DNA of 57,495 bases from Chiloscyllium plagiosum (taxonomy: Eukaryota): assembly GCF_004010195.1 (NCBI RefSeq), contig NC_057719.1, positions 90,812,897-90,870,391 on the forward strand. The letters are read 5' to 3'. Under the pieces are notes generated by a model that was not told where the DNA came from, made no database searches, and saw only the letters and a program-made list of their open reading frames with translations. Of the stretch, positions 1 to 13,900 are shown one piece after another. How positions within the stretch are numbered: the stretch's first letter is position 1; every line of letters begins with the position of its first letter. The position numbers were made by a program, and so were the translations under genes.

Positions 1-541
1 TTAGCCAGATTATTTGCACTTCTACATTGCTGACATCTTGTGACCTAGTCACATACAAGTGGACAAGGATTATTTTGCTCTTTGCTCATCAAAAGCTCAA
101 ACATATTCTGAAATATTGCATCTGGTAATGCAATAGTTAGCAATGTTTCAGTTGTGTTATTTCAAGCTTGTCATTTGCAATTCCTTTTATTTTTGAAAAA
201 AGGGGATTAAAAGTTACGATGCTCATCAAATTGAATTATTGATTTTATTTTTGAAAGATATTATTGGGTTCATTTGAAATGTTAAGTATTGAAGCATTTT
301 TATAGATCTTTTCCCAGTTTGTCTACTGTTTTAAGTGTATCCTGCAGCAGTACCATAATGGATTATAAATATTGAAACACTGCAAAGTGCTTCCAAAAGT
401 GAAAGCTGCTTTTCTAATAAATTGTTGTAGTAATCTGTTTTTGCAAACCTTTTGCTTTACTTTATATTGATCTTTTGTCCTTTTGTTTGTCTCTTTCTGA
501 TTTGCAACATGATCATCACATCCTATGTTTTTTGACTGTAG

Positions 542-639
542 CAATCTCTCCTGCAAGCACAAGTTACAGTGAAACAATCAGCACCTTAAGATATGCAGCA
601 CATGCAAAGAATATTATCAATAAACCACGAGTGAATGAG
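542..639 (+). CDS. STARD9: STARD9/KIF16A exon: C-terminal end of the kinesin motor domain ([32 protein letters not shown])
   Basis: tag| acceptor at 540-541 and |gtgag donor at 640. Manual translation gives the kinesin 'SP...ET.STLRYA..AK.I.N.P..NE' signature. Confidence 0.95.
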
Positions 640-1362
640 GTGAGACATTGATGGCTATCTATCAGTTTATTACATTCGAGCTCTAATATTATATCTCACT
701 CAATTTGATTAGTTGCTTTAAATTGCTTTGTTGAATACGGAACTGACCCATGCTGGCATATTCAGGCCAAGTGAGCACTCTTGAGCTCAAGAGAAGAAAG
801 ATCAGACCTTGTTCTGATTTTCTGACCACGTTTCATTCACTCTTGATGGATCATGAGCAATCGGTGAGTTTAGAATCAGGCTTACCTCTGACGCCCTCAT
901 TTTGATAACCTGCTAACACATGAAAAAGGGTGCTGAGAAAGATACTGAAAATGTGGCACTGACAACATCTTGCATTTTTTATTGCATCTTTATAATATAA
1001 AACATCCAAAAGTGTTATACAGAATCTAACATTAGTTCACACAAGCGGATTAAAGCAGGTGACCAAAAGCTTGGCCAGTGAGCTAGGTGTTGAGGACCAA
1101 CTTAAAAAAAGCTCAAGATAGAGAGGTTTAGGAAGATAATTCCAGCTTTAGCCCGAGATAATTGAAGGCATTGCTGCTATTGATGGAATGATTAAAGCAG
1201 GAGTTCCCTGAGCATTATACAAGCAACAATGAAATCCTATGCTAGTGTAAGAGAAAAAAATGCAATGACAATAAATGGAATCATTGTATTTCTAAATTGG
1301 AATTGTTTTGTATATAAAGTGTATTGTGTAATTTAATGTTGAGTCCCCTTAACATTTTTCAG

Positions 1363-1440
1363 GATGCTAATGTAAAATTGATTAGAGAACTGCGTGAGGA
1401 AATTGACCGATTGAAAGCCATGCTGATGAGTTTTGAATTA
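1363..1440 (+). CDS. STARD9: STARD9 exon: kinesin-3 neck coil (DANVKLIRELREEIDRLKAMLMSFEL)
   Basis: ttttcag| and |gtaagt; 78 nt, phase 0-0; typical kinesin-3 neck 'KLIRELREEI'. Confidence 0.95.
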
Positions 1441-2061
1441 GTAAGTGAAACATTCTCCATTAAAATCAAAGAGTAAACAATAAGTTAAACATTAATATTG
1501 ACTGTATTTTAATAAAGCTTTCAGTAGTTTTATATAAATCACACCTGATCAGATAAATTATTGTCTTATCTATAGTTCGGTAAAAATTTCTCAAGGACAT
1601 ATTAATTAAATATTAGCTTTATTTCCCTTGGAGACTTATGTACAACCCTGAGTTCTGGGAACTATGGATAAAAACAACTCTCCTCTGTTCTTGATAATGA
1701 AATCAGATGCTGGGCCATTTGATGCATTGTGCATTGCCCTTGTTTGTGATAACAGTAACAAGTATGTACTTTACTTAAGGCAGTTTTTTAAGGCTGTAGA
1801 ATTTTCGAGACATTTCACAAGAGCATAAATTGAGATGGTTTTCTCAGCTTTTTGTCTCGTTATCTTAGGAAAATTGGTATGTAATGTCACTTCTCCTTTT
1901 CCTGCTTTCTGGGTTTTACTTCTAATTTGGTGGGTTTTTTTTGATTAACTGGACAGTCACAGTCAAAGTCTTGGGTGAGTTTAGCTTTCCCTGTAGATGA
2001 CAAGTTATATCAAAACAATCTTGGAAAGAAAGAAAGAAGGACTTGCTTTGAAGCGTAGCTA

Positions 2062-3163
2062 TTGAATGAGGCAAGGGAGGAAATAGCAGGGACATTGGCA
2101 ATGATTTTCATTTCCTCTCTGGCCTCAGGAGAGGTGCCAGAGGACTGGAGGACAGCCAGTGTGATACTGTTACTCAAGAAGGGAGCAAGGAATAAACCAG
2201 GAAAGTACAAGCTAGCCTGTGTATCCTCGATGGTGGGGGATCTATTGGAAGCAGTTCTGGGAGACAGAATTAATCTGTATTTGGAGAGGCAGGGAATAAT
2301 CAAGAACAGTCAGTATGGTTTTGTTAAGGTGAAGTTATGTCTGACCAACTTGACTGAACCTTTCAAAGAGGCGACCAGGTGTGTAGATGAGAGCAATGCT
2401 TTTGACGTAGTCTGCTTGGACTTCAGCAAGGTTTTTGATCAAGTCTCACATGGGAAACTGAAAGAGCCTATGGAATCCAAGAAAATTTAGTAAATTGGAT
2501 TTGTAATTTTCTAAGTGGTAGCAAGGAGAGGGTGATGGTTGAGGGGTGTTTTCCAACTGTATGTCTGGGTCATGTGGAGTCTCACAGGGGTCAGTATTAG
2601 GAATATAGGGACAAATGAGGCAAGGAAACACATGAACAGTCAGACCATGGAACTCTGTTTAAGGGCCTGGATAGACTGCATTTGGAAAATTGAGCAGATA
2701 TTTCTCCATATCTAAGGAAGGATGTGCTGGCATTAGAGGGGGTCCAGAGAAAGTTTACAAGAATGATCCTGGAGCTGAAAGGCTTGTCGTATGAGGAGTG
2801 GTTGAGGACTCTGGATCTGCACCTGGAGTTTGAAGAATGAGGGCAATCTCAATGAAACTTACAGAATACTGAGAGGCATGGATAGAGTAGACATAGAGAA
2901 GATCTTTCAACAATAGGAGAGACTAGGACCAAAATGTAAAGCCTCAGTGTGAGGGAATGACCTTTTAGAACTGAGATGAGAAATTTCTTCAGCCAGAGGG
3001 TGGTTAATCTGTGGTTAATCATTGCTGTAGAGGGCTGAGGAGGCCAAATCATGAGCATATTTAAGATAGCGATAGGAGAATGGGGTTGAGAAATATATCA
3101 GCCATGATTGAATGGGGTAACAGATTCGATGGGCTGATTGGCCTAATTCTGCTCCTATAATCT
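2062..3163 (+). mobile_element. CR1-clade LINE fragment (RT N-terminal half plus 3' end, internally deleted)
   Basis: ORF 2062..2490 has 'GEVPEDWR', 'SQYGF' and 'LDFSKVFD'; CR1-type 3' tail follows. Confidence 0.85.
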
Positions 3164-3172
3164 TGTGTCGAA

Positions 3173-4070
3173 AAAATGTGGAGCATGGAAAAAGCACAGC
3201 AGGTCAAGCAGCATCAGAAGAGCAGGAGAGTCAATGTTTTGGGCAGGACCGATCATCAGGACTGGGGAGAGGGAAGCTGGCTGAGAAATAAATTGGGGGA
3301 GGGGACTGGGGCTGGGGAAAGGGAAAGGTAGGTGGGGTTGTGATAGGTGGTTGCACGTAAGAGGTGAATGGGATTGGTCCCTGGGAAGGGTGGAGTGGGT
3401 AGGTGGGAAGGAAGATGGACAGGTTAGGTAAGGTCAAGGGGGCATGGCAGAGAGGGAGGACTGGAGTTGGGATGAGGTGAGGAGTGGGGAAATTTGGAAG
3501 CTGGTGAATTCTATGTTGAGGCCATAAGGTTGTAGCTCCCCAGGCGGAAGATAAATGTTTTTCCTCCCAGTTTATGTGTGGCTTCATTTTAATGGTGAAG
3601 GAAGCCCAGGATGGACATATCGTAGGGGGAGTGGGAGGTGGAGTTGAAATGGCTGGCAAATAGGAGGTGGGGTTTATTGGAGCGTGTGGACCATAGATGT
3701 ACCCTGATTTTGCACTCAGTCTCTCCAATGTAGAAGAAACCATATCAGGAGCAATGGATGCAGGTGAATGTCTGCCGGATTTTGAATGATTCTTTGGGGC
3801 CTTGGACGGAGGTATGAGGGAGGTGCAGGGGCAGGTGTTGCAACCCCTGTGGTCGCTGGGAAAGGTGCCAGTTATAGAGAAGCAGTTAGTGGCGAGTGTG
3901 GACCTAATGAGGGAGTTGCGGAGGGAGCGGGTTGGGGAAGGAAATATCTTTTTGGTGGTGGGGTCAGACTGCAGGTGGCAAAAATGGCAGAGGATAATGC
4001 ATTGGATTTAGAATGGAATGCAAGGATGAGGAGAACTCTGTCCTCTTTATGGTTGGGGTGGTGGGGGGAG
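3173..4070 (-). mobile_element. Penelope-like element, 3' part (GIY-YIG remnant plus tail with degenerate hammerhead)
   Basis: The minus strand near 3710-3765 reads CIHCS*YGFFYIGETEC (GIY-YIG). The tail has AGTC-CTGATGA...AAAACATT-GACT at 3229-3263. Confidence 0.75.
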
Positions 4071-6920
4071 GTTGAGGGTAGAGGTGTGGCTATGGGCACC
4101 TGCATGGGTTTCAGTTATGCCTGCCTCATCATGGGGTACGTGGAACAATCCTAGTTCTAGATGTACACTGGCCCCACCCCACAGCTCTTTTCTCAGTACA
4201 TCAATGACTGTTTGGGTGCCACTTCTTGCTCCTCCCTGGACCTTGAAAATTTGTTCATTTTGTCTCCAGTTTCCACCCCTCAATGACTTTTGCATTGTCA
4301 TTTTCCAACATGATTTGGAGATGCTGGTGTTGGACTTGGGTGTACAAAGTTAAAAATCATACCACACCAACTTATAGTCCAACAGGTTTAATTGGAAGCA
4401 CTAGCTTTCGGAGCGCTGCTCCTTCATCAGCTGGTTGTGGAGTACATAATTGTAAGACACAGAATTTATAGCAAAAGTTTACAATGTCATGTAACTGAAA
4501 TTATAAAATTTAAATTGAAAAATACCTTGATTGTTTAAGTCTCTCATCTGTTGGAATGACCATGTTAGTTTCACTTCTTTCATATGTGATCACAAAACAT
4601 TTTTTAAAAGTTACATTCTCAGGTTAACTTTAATAATTGGTGTCAGCCCAGATAATGTGTTGAAGGTGTTAGCCCCCTGTGTGCTGTTGTCTGTGCCATA
4701 ATGTTTAGACTGATCCTAATCTAAAAAAAAATGAGTGAACAGAGTCTTACGTGGATCCATGCAATTTTTGAGCAAAGTACAATGTAACTCTGCAAGTACA
4801 AATTCACCCCACAAGTGTGTGTGTGTTTGTGTGTGTGTGTCTGGGGTGGGGCGTTCTGAGTGTCTGTGAGAGACAGTGTATGTGTGTGTGAGTGAGTGTA
4901 AAGTGTGTGTATGTGTGCGCGCGTGCGCTCGCTCGAGTGTTCCCTCCCCATTGGAGAACACTTCAGCGGTCCAGGACGTTTGACCTCGGACCTTCGGGTG
5001 ACCATCCTCCAAGGCGGACTTTGGGACAGGCAGCAGTGAAAAGTGTCCGAGCAGAGGCTGATGGCTAAGATCGGTACCCATAGGGAGGGCCTCAACAGGG
5101 ATCTTGGGTTCATGTCATGCTACAGGTGACCACTATCGCACACATACTGACACACACACACACACACTCTCTTTTGTGGGGTGAATTTGTACTTGCAGAG
5201 TTACATTGCACTTGGCTCAAAAACTGCATGGATCCATGTAAGATTCTGTTAACTTATTTTTTTAGATTAGGATCAGTCTAAACATTATGGCACAGACAAC
5301 AGCATACAGTGGGCGAACACCTTCAACACGTTATCTGGGCTGACACCAATTGTTAAAGTTAATCTGAGAATGTAACTTTAAAAAACATTTTGTGATTTAC
5401 CTATGAAAGAAGTGAAACTAACATGGTCATTCTAAACGATCAAGGTATTTTTCAACGTATAATTTCAGTTACATCACACTGTAAACTTTTGCTGTAAATT
5501 CTGTGTCTTACAATTGTGTACTCCACAACAAACCAATGAAGGAGCAGCGCTCCGAAAGCTAGTGCTTCCAATTAAACCTGTTGGACTATAACCTGGTGTT
5601 GTGTGATTTTGAACTTCATTTTCCAACATTTACCTTCCTTTCATTGACCTCTCCGTCTCCATATCGTGGAATAAACTGTCCATTGCCATCCACCACAAAG
5701 CCACTGACTCCCATAGCTACTTTCTCTACAGCTGTTCCAGCCCCATGTCTTGCAAGGATTCCATCCCAATTTCCCAGTTCCTTCGGCTACATAGTATCTG
5801 TTTTGATGATGCTACCTTCCAAAACAGTGCTGCTCAAATGGCTTCCCTCTTCCTGCCCACTGTGGTTGACAGGGCCATCAAGTACATCAAACGTATCACC
5901 TGTGCTTCCTCCCTTGACCCTTCCCATCGCTCACAACAGTGTGTTCTGGCCCCCCTTGTTTTCACTTCTCATACCACCAGCCTCCGCATGCAAAGGATCA
6001 TTCCCCACCATTTCCAACAACTCCAACAGTACGCCACTAACAAACACATCTTCTCCTGTCTGCATTTCACAGGTACCATTCATTCTGGTAATATCTAGTC
6101 CATTAACGCCATACCCATTTCTCATGGCACTTTCCCAGGTAACCGCAGACATGCAACACCTGCCCCTCCATGTCCTCCCTGCCCACTATCCACCGGACTA
6201 AATAGTCTCTCCAGGTGAAGCAACATTTCACCTGCACCATCTCCAATCTTGTGTATTGTATTCGCTGCACCCAATGTGCCCTACTCTATGTTGGAGAAAC
6301 TAAATGCAGACTGGGTGACCACTTCAGAACAGCTCTGGTCCACGCATGCATGACCCTGATCTTTCCATAACTGATCATTTTAACACAGTATCCTGCTCAC
6401 ACTCCCGTTTGTCTGTCCTCGGCATGCTGCAATGCTCCAGCAAATCACAATGAAAACAGGAGGAGCAACATCTCATCTTCAGACTAGGCACATTACAACT
6501 TCTGGACTTAATAGTGAGTTCAGCACCTTCAAATTGTAAACCCATTACTTCCCTTTCTTAGCTTTGTTTATTACGTTCTCTGTCACCATGTCCTCTCTCC
6601 CTTTCCCTTACCCCAGTAAGACGGCCTGTTCTTCCTAGTCTGGCAGAGACACACCGTTGTTCTGCCACTCTCACATTCGGATCACTTAATCTAAACTATC
6701 AACATCCTTTCTCACCCAACACTCCAATCCCAACTTTGGCCCCACCCCTCAACTGTTGCATAAATGCTGCCTCCTCGAAACTTCACTTTAGCTCTGATGA
6801 AAAGTAATCCAGATTCGAAACATTAGCTTGCTTTCTCTCCATGGATGCTGCCTGACCCACTGTGATTACTAGCATTTTTTGTTTTCAGTACAGATTCCAG
6901 CATCTGCAGTAATTTGCTCC
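4071..6920 (+). mobile_element. Degenerate Penelope-like element (RT to GIY-YIG to tail), interrupted by a second Penelope insertion at 4312-5615
   Basis: RT 'GVAMGTCMG.SYACL.MGYVEQS' and 'QYINDC' (RYIDD motif) at 4080-4210; 'LVYCIRCTQCALLYVGETKCRLGDHF' at ~6248-6325; tail hammerhead-like motif at 6790-6828. Confidence 0.8.
4312..5615. mobile_element. 5'-truncated Penelope-like insertion with an inverted terminal copy (arms ~4347-4814 and ~5174-5616)
   Basis: The arms are reverse complements. The spacer encodes a GIY-YIG C-terminus (4938-5129: ...GEHFS...EQRL...GLNRDLG). A 14-bp direct repeat TCATTTTCCAACAT flanks it at 4298-4311 and 5616-5629. Confidence 0.85.
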
Positions 6921-7519
6921 TGTCTAGTGGTATTGTTTGATGGTTATAGATTGGCCAGGAATACATTTTGCTCTCCTTTGAATGGGGCCGTGCTGTGTCA
7001 TTGCCTGAACTGGAGGATAGTACCTCACCAATACAACATTCCCTCAAGTGATGACAGCTAAGATTTGGTGTCCAGGAATTGGTCTTCATTGGGACTGCGT
7101 GACTTGAGGGAGTGGGAGGCATGACTGAGTAAAACCAACAGTGAAGAGAGAAAATAATTTGGGGTAAGGGTGAAAAGAGTTGGGAGAATTTAAATGAGGA
7201 ACAAGTCCAGGGAATTGTTCTTCAATGGCAAGGGATAATCTAAATTCATTCAATTTTGTATTGTTGGATTTTGAAGTAACATGATTCATGCTGGTTAGAA
7301 ATGTAGGTTTGTTCTGAAACCTCAAATGTAGAGCAATTCTTATCATTAAACCAATTAACAGGTTACAGTAATGTTCTTACTTCACTATTGTGATGCCCAT
7401 TATTCGGTTCAACCCAACACTGTGAGTACTGTCTCACCATGACCCCATTAGTTGTATGCCTGGAGGGTGTGTTCAATCCATTTTGCACAAAAGCAAAAAT
7501 AATCAATGTTGTTTTGCAG

Positions 7520-7594
7520 CGAAACTCCAGTCCTTCTTTAAGCGATGAAAAAGATGGAAGCCTAACAGAAATGTTACTTCAAAATGAACTCAAG
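7520..7594 (+). CDS. STARD9: STARD9 exon (RNSSPSLSDEKDGSLTEMLLQNELK)
   Basis: ttttgcag| and AAG|gttggt; 75 nt, phase 0-0; resembles the recalled vertebrate STARD9 segment RN...LQNELK. Confidence 0.88.
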
Positions 7595-7964
7595 GTTGGT
7601 TGTGCACTGTTTGAGAGAAAATGATGTTTTACCTGGTCATTTGCTAATCCAGATCTTGAGTATTGCTGTAATATCTTACTGAAGCTTTTGTCTTGTCAGG
7701 ACAATTCACAAGATATAACAAATAATATACCTCCCTCCCCATCCCCCGACTCCCTTCACAGCCTTTCCCCATCCCTTCCACTGCTCTCTAGCACAAACCG
7801 GATTCATTCCTCCCATTGACCAACCTGGTTGTACCCTCTACTAGTCTTCACCTCTCCCCACTGGATCTCCACCTATTCCTTTCACTTTAGCTAGATGTGC
7901 CTTTGTACTCTTAAAATTACCTTTATTTAGATTTAAAACATTTGACTAGGATTCACATTTTTAA

Positions 7965-10900
7965 AAATTCACTTGTGGAATGTGGATATTTCTGGCTGGT
8001 CAGCATTTATTGCCCGTACCTAGTTGCCCTTCAAAAGGTGGTGGTGATCTGCCTCCTTGAATCGCTGAAGTCTGTAAGTTGACCCACAATACCCTGAGGG
8101 AGTGAATTCCAGGATTGACCAATGACAGCGAAGGAATGGCGATATATTTCGAAGTCAAGATGGTGAATGACTTGGAGGGAAACTTGCAGGAGGTGGTGTT
8201 CCCACCTATCTCTTGCCCTTGTCCTTCTACATGGAAGTGGTCATGAGTTTGGAAGGTGCTGCTCTTTGGTGAATTTCTGCAGTGCATCTTGTAAATAGTA
8301 CACAGTGCTGCGACTGAATGGCAGTGTTAAAAGGAGTTGCTGCTTGTCGATGTGGTGCCAATTAAGCAGGCTGCTTTGTCCTGCACGGTGTCAAAATTCT
8401 TGTGTTATTGGAGCGGCATTCATCCAGGCAAATGAAGAGTCTTCGATCACACTCCTGACTTATGACTTAGAGGTTTCAGGAGGTGAGTTACTCTGTGTAT
8501 TTCTAGCCTCAGACCTAATCTTATGGCCACTGTGTTTATGTGGTGAGTCCAGTTGAGTTTCTGGTCAATGGTCATTCCAAGGATGTTGATAGTGGGGGAT
8601 TTTAGTCAGGCTTTTGACAAGGTCCCTCATGGTAGGCTCTTCTAGAAGATTAAGATGGATAGGGACTTGGCCATGTGGATTCAGAATAGGCTTGCCCAAA
8701 GAAGGCAGAGGGTAGTGGTGGAAGGATGTTTTCCTTGTTGGATGTTTGTGACTACTTCTGTTCCACAGGGATCCATACTGGGACCTCTGCTGTTTGTGAT
8801 ATATATAAATGGCTTGGTTGAAAATGTCCATGGGTAGATTAGTAAGTTTGTAGATGATATGAAGATTGGTGGAATTGTGAGTAGTGTAGAATGCTGTCAA
8901 TGGATACAGCAGGTATGGGCAACAAAATAGCAGATGGAGTTTAATTGAGGTGAGTGTAAGGTGCTGCACTTTGCGAAATCAAGCATTATGGAAAAGTATA
9001 TACTTAATGACGGGACCCTGAACAGCATTGGGGTTCAAGTCCATAACTCCCTGAAAATGGTCATGCAAGTAGAAAGGATAGTAAAGAAGGCATGTGGGAT
9101 GCTTACCTTTATTGGTCAGGGAACTGAGTACACAAGTCAGAATGTCATGTTGTAGCTTTATAAGCTTTGGTTAGGCTATACATCAAGTATTACATTCAAT
9201 TCTGGTTGCTACATTGCAGGAAGCATGGTAGAGACTTTGGAGAGGGTGCAGAAGAGGTTTACGAGGATGTTGCCTGTATTAAAGGGTATGAGCTATAAAG
9301 AATAGCTAGAAAAACTCTGGTTGTTTTCTCTGGAGCGATATATGCTGAGGGGAGACTTAATAGAAGAGATGCATAGATAGTGTTGATTATCAGAATATTT
9401 TTCCCAGGCATTTGAAATGTGTCTAATGCTTGGGACATGCATTAATGTGAAGGGGGAAAGTTAAAAGAAGATGTGAGAAGCAAGTTCTTTCACACAGTGG
9501 TAGGAATCTGGAATGCACTGCCAGGTTTGATGGTGAAGGCAGATAAAATAGAGGAGTCTGAGATTTTTAGATAAGTATATGAATATGCAGGGAAAGGAGG
9601 GATAAGGACCAAGGGCAGGCAGAAGGGATTGGTTTAATTTGGTGTCATGTCAACACAACATTGTGGGCTGAAGGGCCAGTTCCTGTGCTGTATTGTTCTG
9701 TGTTCTATGATCCAGTAATGGTAACACTATTGAATGTTAAGGGGTAGTAGTTAAATTGTTTCTTAATGGAAACAGTCATTGACTGGCTTATGTGAGGTGT
9801 GAATGCTACTTGCCATTTTTCAGCCAAGCCTGGATATTGCCCAGGTCTTGTTAGATTTGAACATGGACTGCTTCAGTATCTGAGGAATTATGAATGGTGC
9901 TGAACATTGTATAATAATCAGCGAGCATCCCAACGTCTGACCTTCAGACTTGGGGAAAGTCATTGATAAGGCAGCCCTTCGGCCCACAATGTTGTGTTGA
10001 CATGACACCAAATTAAACCAATTAAGCTCTTTTGTCCATTTTGCTGAGTGGCCCTGGCGGGATCCAAACTGAGCATTACTGAGCCCATGCTGCTTGATGA
10101 CATCCTCCATTACTTTACTGATGATCGAGAGTAGACTGATGGAGCGATAATTGGCCGGGTTGGATTTGTCCTGTGTTTTGTGTACAGGACACGTTGTTGA
10201 GTAGATGCCAGTGTTCTAACTGTACTAGAAGAGCTTGGTTAGGGGAGCAGTACGTTCTGGAGCAGCAAGTCTTCAGTACTTTTGCTGGAACGTCATCAGG
10301 GCCCAGAGCTTTTTGCAGAATCCAGTGCCTCCAACTGTTTCTTGATATCATGGGTGAATTGAATTGGCTGAAGACTGGCATTTGTGACGTTCGGAACCAC
10401 TGGAGGAGGCTGAGACGGAGCCCTCAGCACTTCTGGTTTAAGATTGCTCTGAATGCTTCAGCCTTATCTTTTGCATTGATCTGTTGGGCTCTTCCATCAT
10501 TGAGGATGGGGATAGTTGTGGAGCCGCCTCCTCCAGTAAGTTGTCCTCCGCCATTCACAATTGGGTGTGGCAAAGCTTCAGAACTTAGATCTGATCTGTG
10601 ATGGGATCAATTAACATTATCAGCAAGTAATAATGCAAGTTGTCCTGTTTGGTAGCTTCACTAAGTTAACACCTAATTTTTAGGTACGCCCTGATGCTGC
10701 TCCTGGCATGCCTTCCTACACTATTCATTGAACCAGATTTACCCTGGCTTGATGTAATGGTTGAGTGCAGGATATGCCAGGCCATGAGGTTGCAGATTGC
10801 AACTGTTGTTGATGGACCACAGTGCCTCATGGATGCCCAGTCTTGAGTCACTAGATCTATTTGAAATCATCTGAAGCTATTTGGCATGCTGATAGTGCTA

Positions 10901-10985
10901 CACAATACAATGGAGGTTATTCTCAATGTGAAGGCAGGACTTTGTCACCACAAGGACTGTGCGGTGGTCACTCTTACCGATACTG
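7965..10985 (-). mobile_element. Old non-LTR retrotransposon (CR1/L2-group RT), split by a younger CR1 at 8597-9708
   Basis: Minus-strand ORF pieces 'KALGPDDVPAKVLKTC' and 'SNAQFGSRQGHSA'; the sequence continues across the inserted CR1. Confidence 0.65.
8597..9708 (+). mobile_element. CR1 LINE, 5'-truncated (RT C-terminal half plus 3' tail)
   Basis: 'SVPQGSILGPLLFVIYIN' in ORF 8655..8837; tail ...tgttctgtgttctatg. Confidence 0.85.
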
Positions 10986-13900
10986 ACCTGTATGTGCTTA
11001 CACTCTTGGCTATAGAGAACTTGGCTATAGAGCTAGTCCCCTGAATGTACTGTCCTCTATTATGACAACATTCCTATTTTCTTCTCTCGCTTAAATGGGT
11101 TCCTGTACCACTGTATTATGGTTAGTTCACTTATCCACCTTGGAGGCCCTGTTTTTATCCACGCAAGCAGCAAAAAACCTCGAACGTGTTAGACAATTGC
11201 AAGGGCCAAGACTCTTCCAGTTGTGTTTTCTTGGCTGCTTTATCTGCTTTGCTCACAGTCACCGTCTCCTATCCCTGACCATGAAGCACATCAAATGATA
11301 CTCTTTTAACAGGTGTGACTCCCTCTGGATAAGCTTTCCCTTCTTGTGCACTGCAGTGTCTGGAGCTCACCTTAGCTCTGTGACTCTGAGCCGAAGCTCA
11401 TCAAACTGCAAATACTGCAGAAATCATTGCCACGGATCACAACAGTATTCATCAGGTTCCACAGGGACTTTCCACTTATAGTCAAAACAGCGATCATTGT
11501 TTCACATCAATGTTGTAATAGATTAGTACTGATGTGTTCATTTAACGTGTGAGTTTTACTTTACCATTCATTCTCAGACACTATCTAATTTGTGGTCTGT
11601 CATGTGGACACAGCCATTTCTCTCTGTGTGGAAATTCCGCTTCCCTGGCTCTAATTTTCACATCCATTTTCCACTTTTTGTGCTACTTCCTGGTCTCTCA
11701 CTGTTCTCTCCTCCCCTTGTTCGACACACCCCTCCGTGCCTCTCGTGCTGCTTTCTACTCTCTCCCCCCTCACACTGTTCTCTGCTGTCCCTGCCCTTGC
11801 TGCTTCTCTCTGCCCTCTTCCTGCTTGTTCAGGATATATAGAGTTATTAGTGAATCCTAAGGGATCTTGGGTTTGTGCAAAAAACTATTAAACACAAAAA
11901 CAGAGGGATTATGCTGAACAATGATGAAGTTCCGATCTGGCTGCATTTTAGAATATTTCGTTCAGTTCTGTTTACTGTAAGAGCATGTAGAGCAGATTTA
12001 CCAGGACGGTACCAGGGATGAGGAATTTGAGCTACAGACTTAGATTACAGGCTGGGATTTCTCTTGGAGCAGCGAGTTGAGGGAACGGTTGTGCAATGTG
12101 GACATAATAATGACAGGGTTGGGGTATGCAAAAAGAGGAAGAATTGTCCCTGTTAGCAGATAGTACCAAAGATTTGGGAACACAGATTGAATATTTTGGG
12201 CAAGAGAATAGAGGAGGATGAGAAAGATCTATTTTATGTAACAAATATACAAGCGAGTTAGTTAGGAGCAAGAATAGGCCTTTCAGCCTGCTCCATTACT
12301 CAATAAGATTATGGCTGATTTGATTACACTACATTCTTGTCTAACCCTGTTATCTTTTTAATCCCTTGCTTTATCAAGAATCTGTCTAACTATGCCTTAA
12401 AAAAAAGGCAGACCTTATGGAGGTCTGAACAGCTTGGGCTATGGTAAGATTTATAGAGAATCCTATGAGAAGTCCCAAGAGGCCTATCTTGATGTTGGGA
12501 GCATCTTGCACCAACTTTTATGCTTCAGCCAAGCAGTGAGATGATTTTCTCTCTCAGCAGGTGATTGCCAATTAAAGGAGATTACAGCTTGTGAAATGCT
12601 TTATTAATGCTGCAACTCATCTCATTAATATTCAGCTTCCCATCTTACCAAACACACTAATCAGACCAGGCATGAAGAAACCCTGATAGGGAAGTCGGAC
12701 TGTATACTTGGCGACATCAGCTCGCAGGTTGCTCCAAAGGGCCTCCATACCAGACACCAACATCTCAGGGCAACTTCATGGACGTCAGCCGCTTTCATTC
12801 CGTGCCCACAGATATCTGACCTGTACCAGCCTCTAAGAATCCTAATGGTATATCTCCAATCTGTTCACAAGACACTTCTGCACTTCAGTGCTGCACTTTG
12901 ATAATTACTGGTACAATCCATTGTCATACCATTGCAAGGGCACTGTGAGCTGAGATATGCAACCAGCTCCTGGACTGGACCAGGCTGTGTTCGTGGTCTG
13001 TTTGCATGCTGTCACTCTGAGCTTACCTAGATGCACACAACATCCTTTCCATGCTGTGTTTTTCCCCCTCAGCCAGAGATATCAGGTTGATATTATCTTG
13101 ACTATTATCTGTATTATCTTGACTTGTCATTTAAGCACACTGATACAAAGTTTAAATAGTTTGTCATGGTTGTCAGCAGGCCTCAGCCAGGTCAAGGTGA
13201 TAGCCTTCATGTGGAAGGCCCTGGCATAATAATTCAAGGGCAATTCAGTTTGGATGCAATCAGTCAGTCCCTCGGGGTGGTGAGAGTCAGGAGCTTTCCT
13301 CTCATCGGGGTGAGGAGTTGAATGTCAAGCAGTCCCTCCACATTTTGACTTTTTCTGCCCTATAGTGAGAGAAGGCAGGTACTAAAGGAGTGGAAGTGGG
13401 GGACTCCGTTATTGCTATTGTTGCATATGACAGTTGTCCTGAGTGAGTGAGTAAGCAGCACAGAGGGAATGCAGGGTTAGTGCTGTCAGGGATTCTGGTG
13501 AGTGAAGGGCAAATGAGGGAAGATATTGCAGCAATAGTGAGAGTGATACAACATAAAAATAAATAAAGATAAATTATGATAGGATACAGACAGTTTACTG
13601 AGATACATGTAGCTTAAATAAGGAAGGAAAAAAATTGCCAAATGGAGTAAAATGTGGGAAAATGTGAAGTTGCTTATGTTGGAAGTGAGAACAAAATAAG
13701 AGAGTTTTATTTAAATGGAGAATAAGGAGGAGTGGAAGCTCAGCAGGAATAGGCCACTTGACCCTTTTAGCCTGCTCCATTATTCAATAAGATTATGTCT
13801 GATTTGATAACACTAAAATCCTATCTAACCCTGTTGACTTTTTAATCCTGTGCTTTATCAAGAATCTGTCTAACTATGCCTTTAAAAAATTAAGGGGCAA

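Noticed and set aside
12600..13540. Possible decayed DNA transposon (also 17490-18060)
   Set aside because: No terminal inverted repeats or transposase motifs could be identified by eye.
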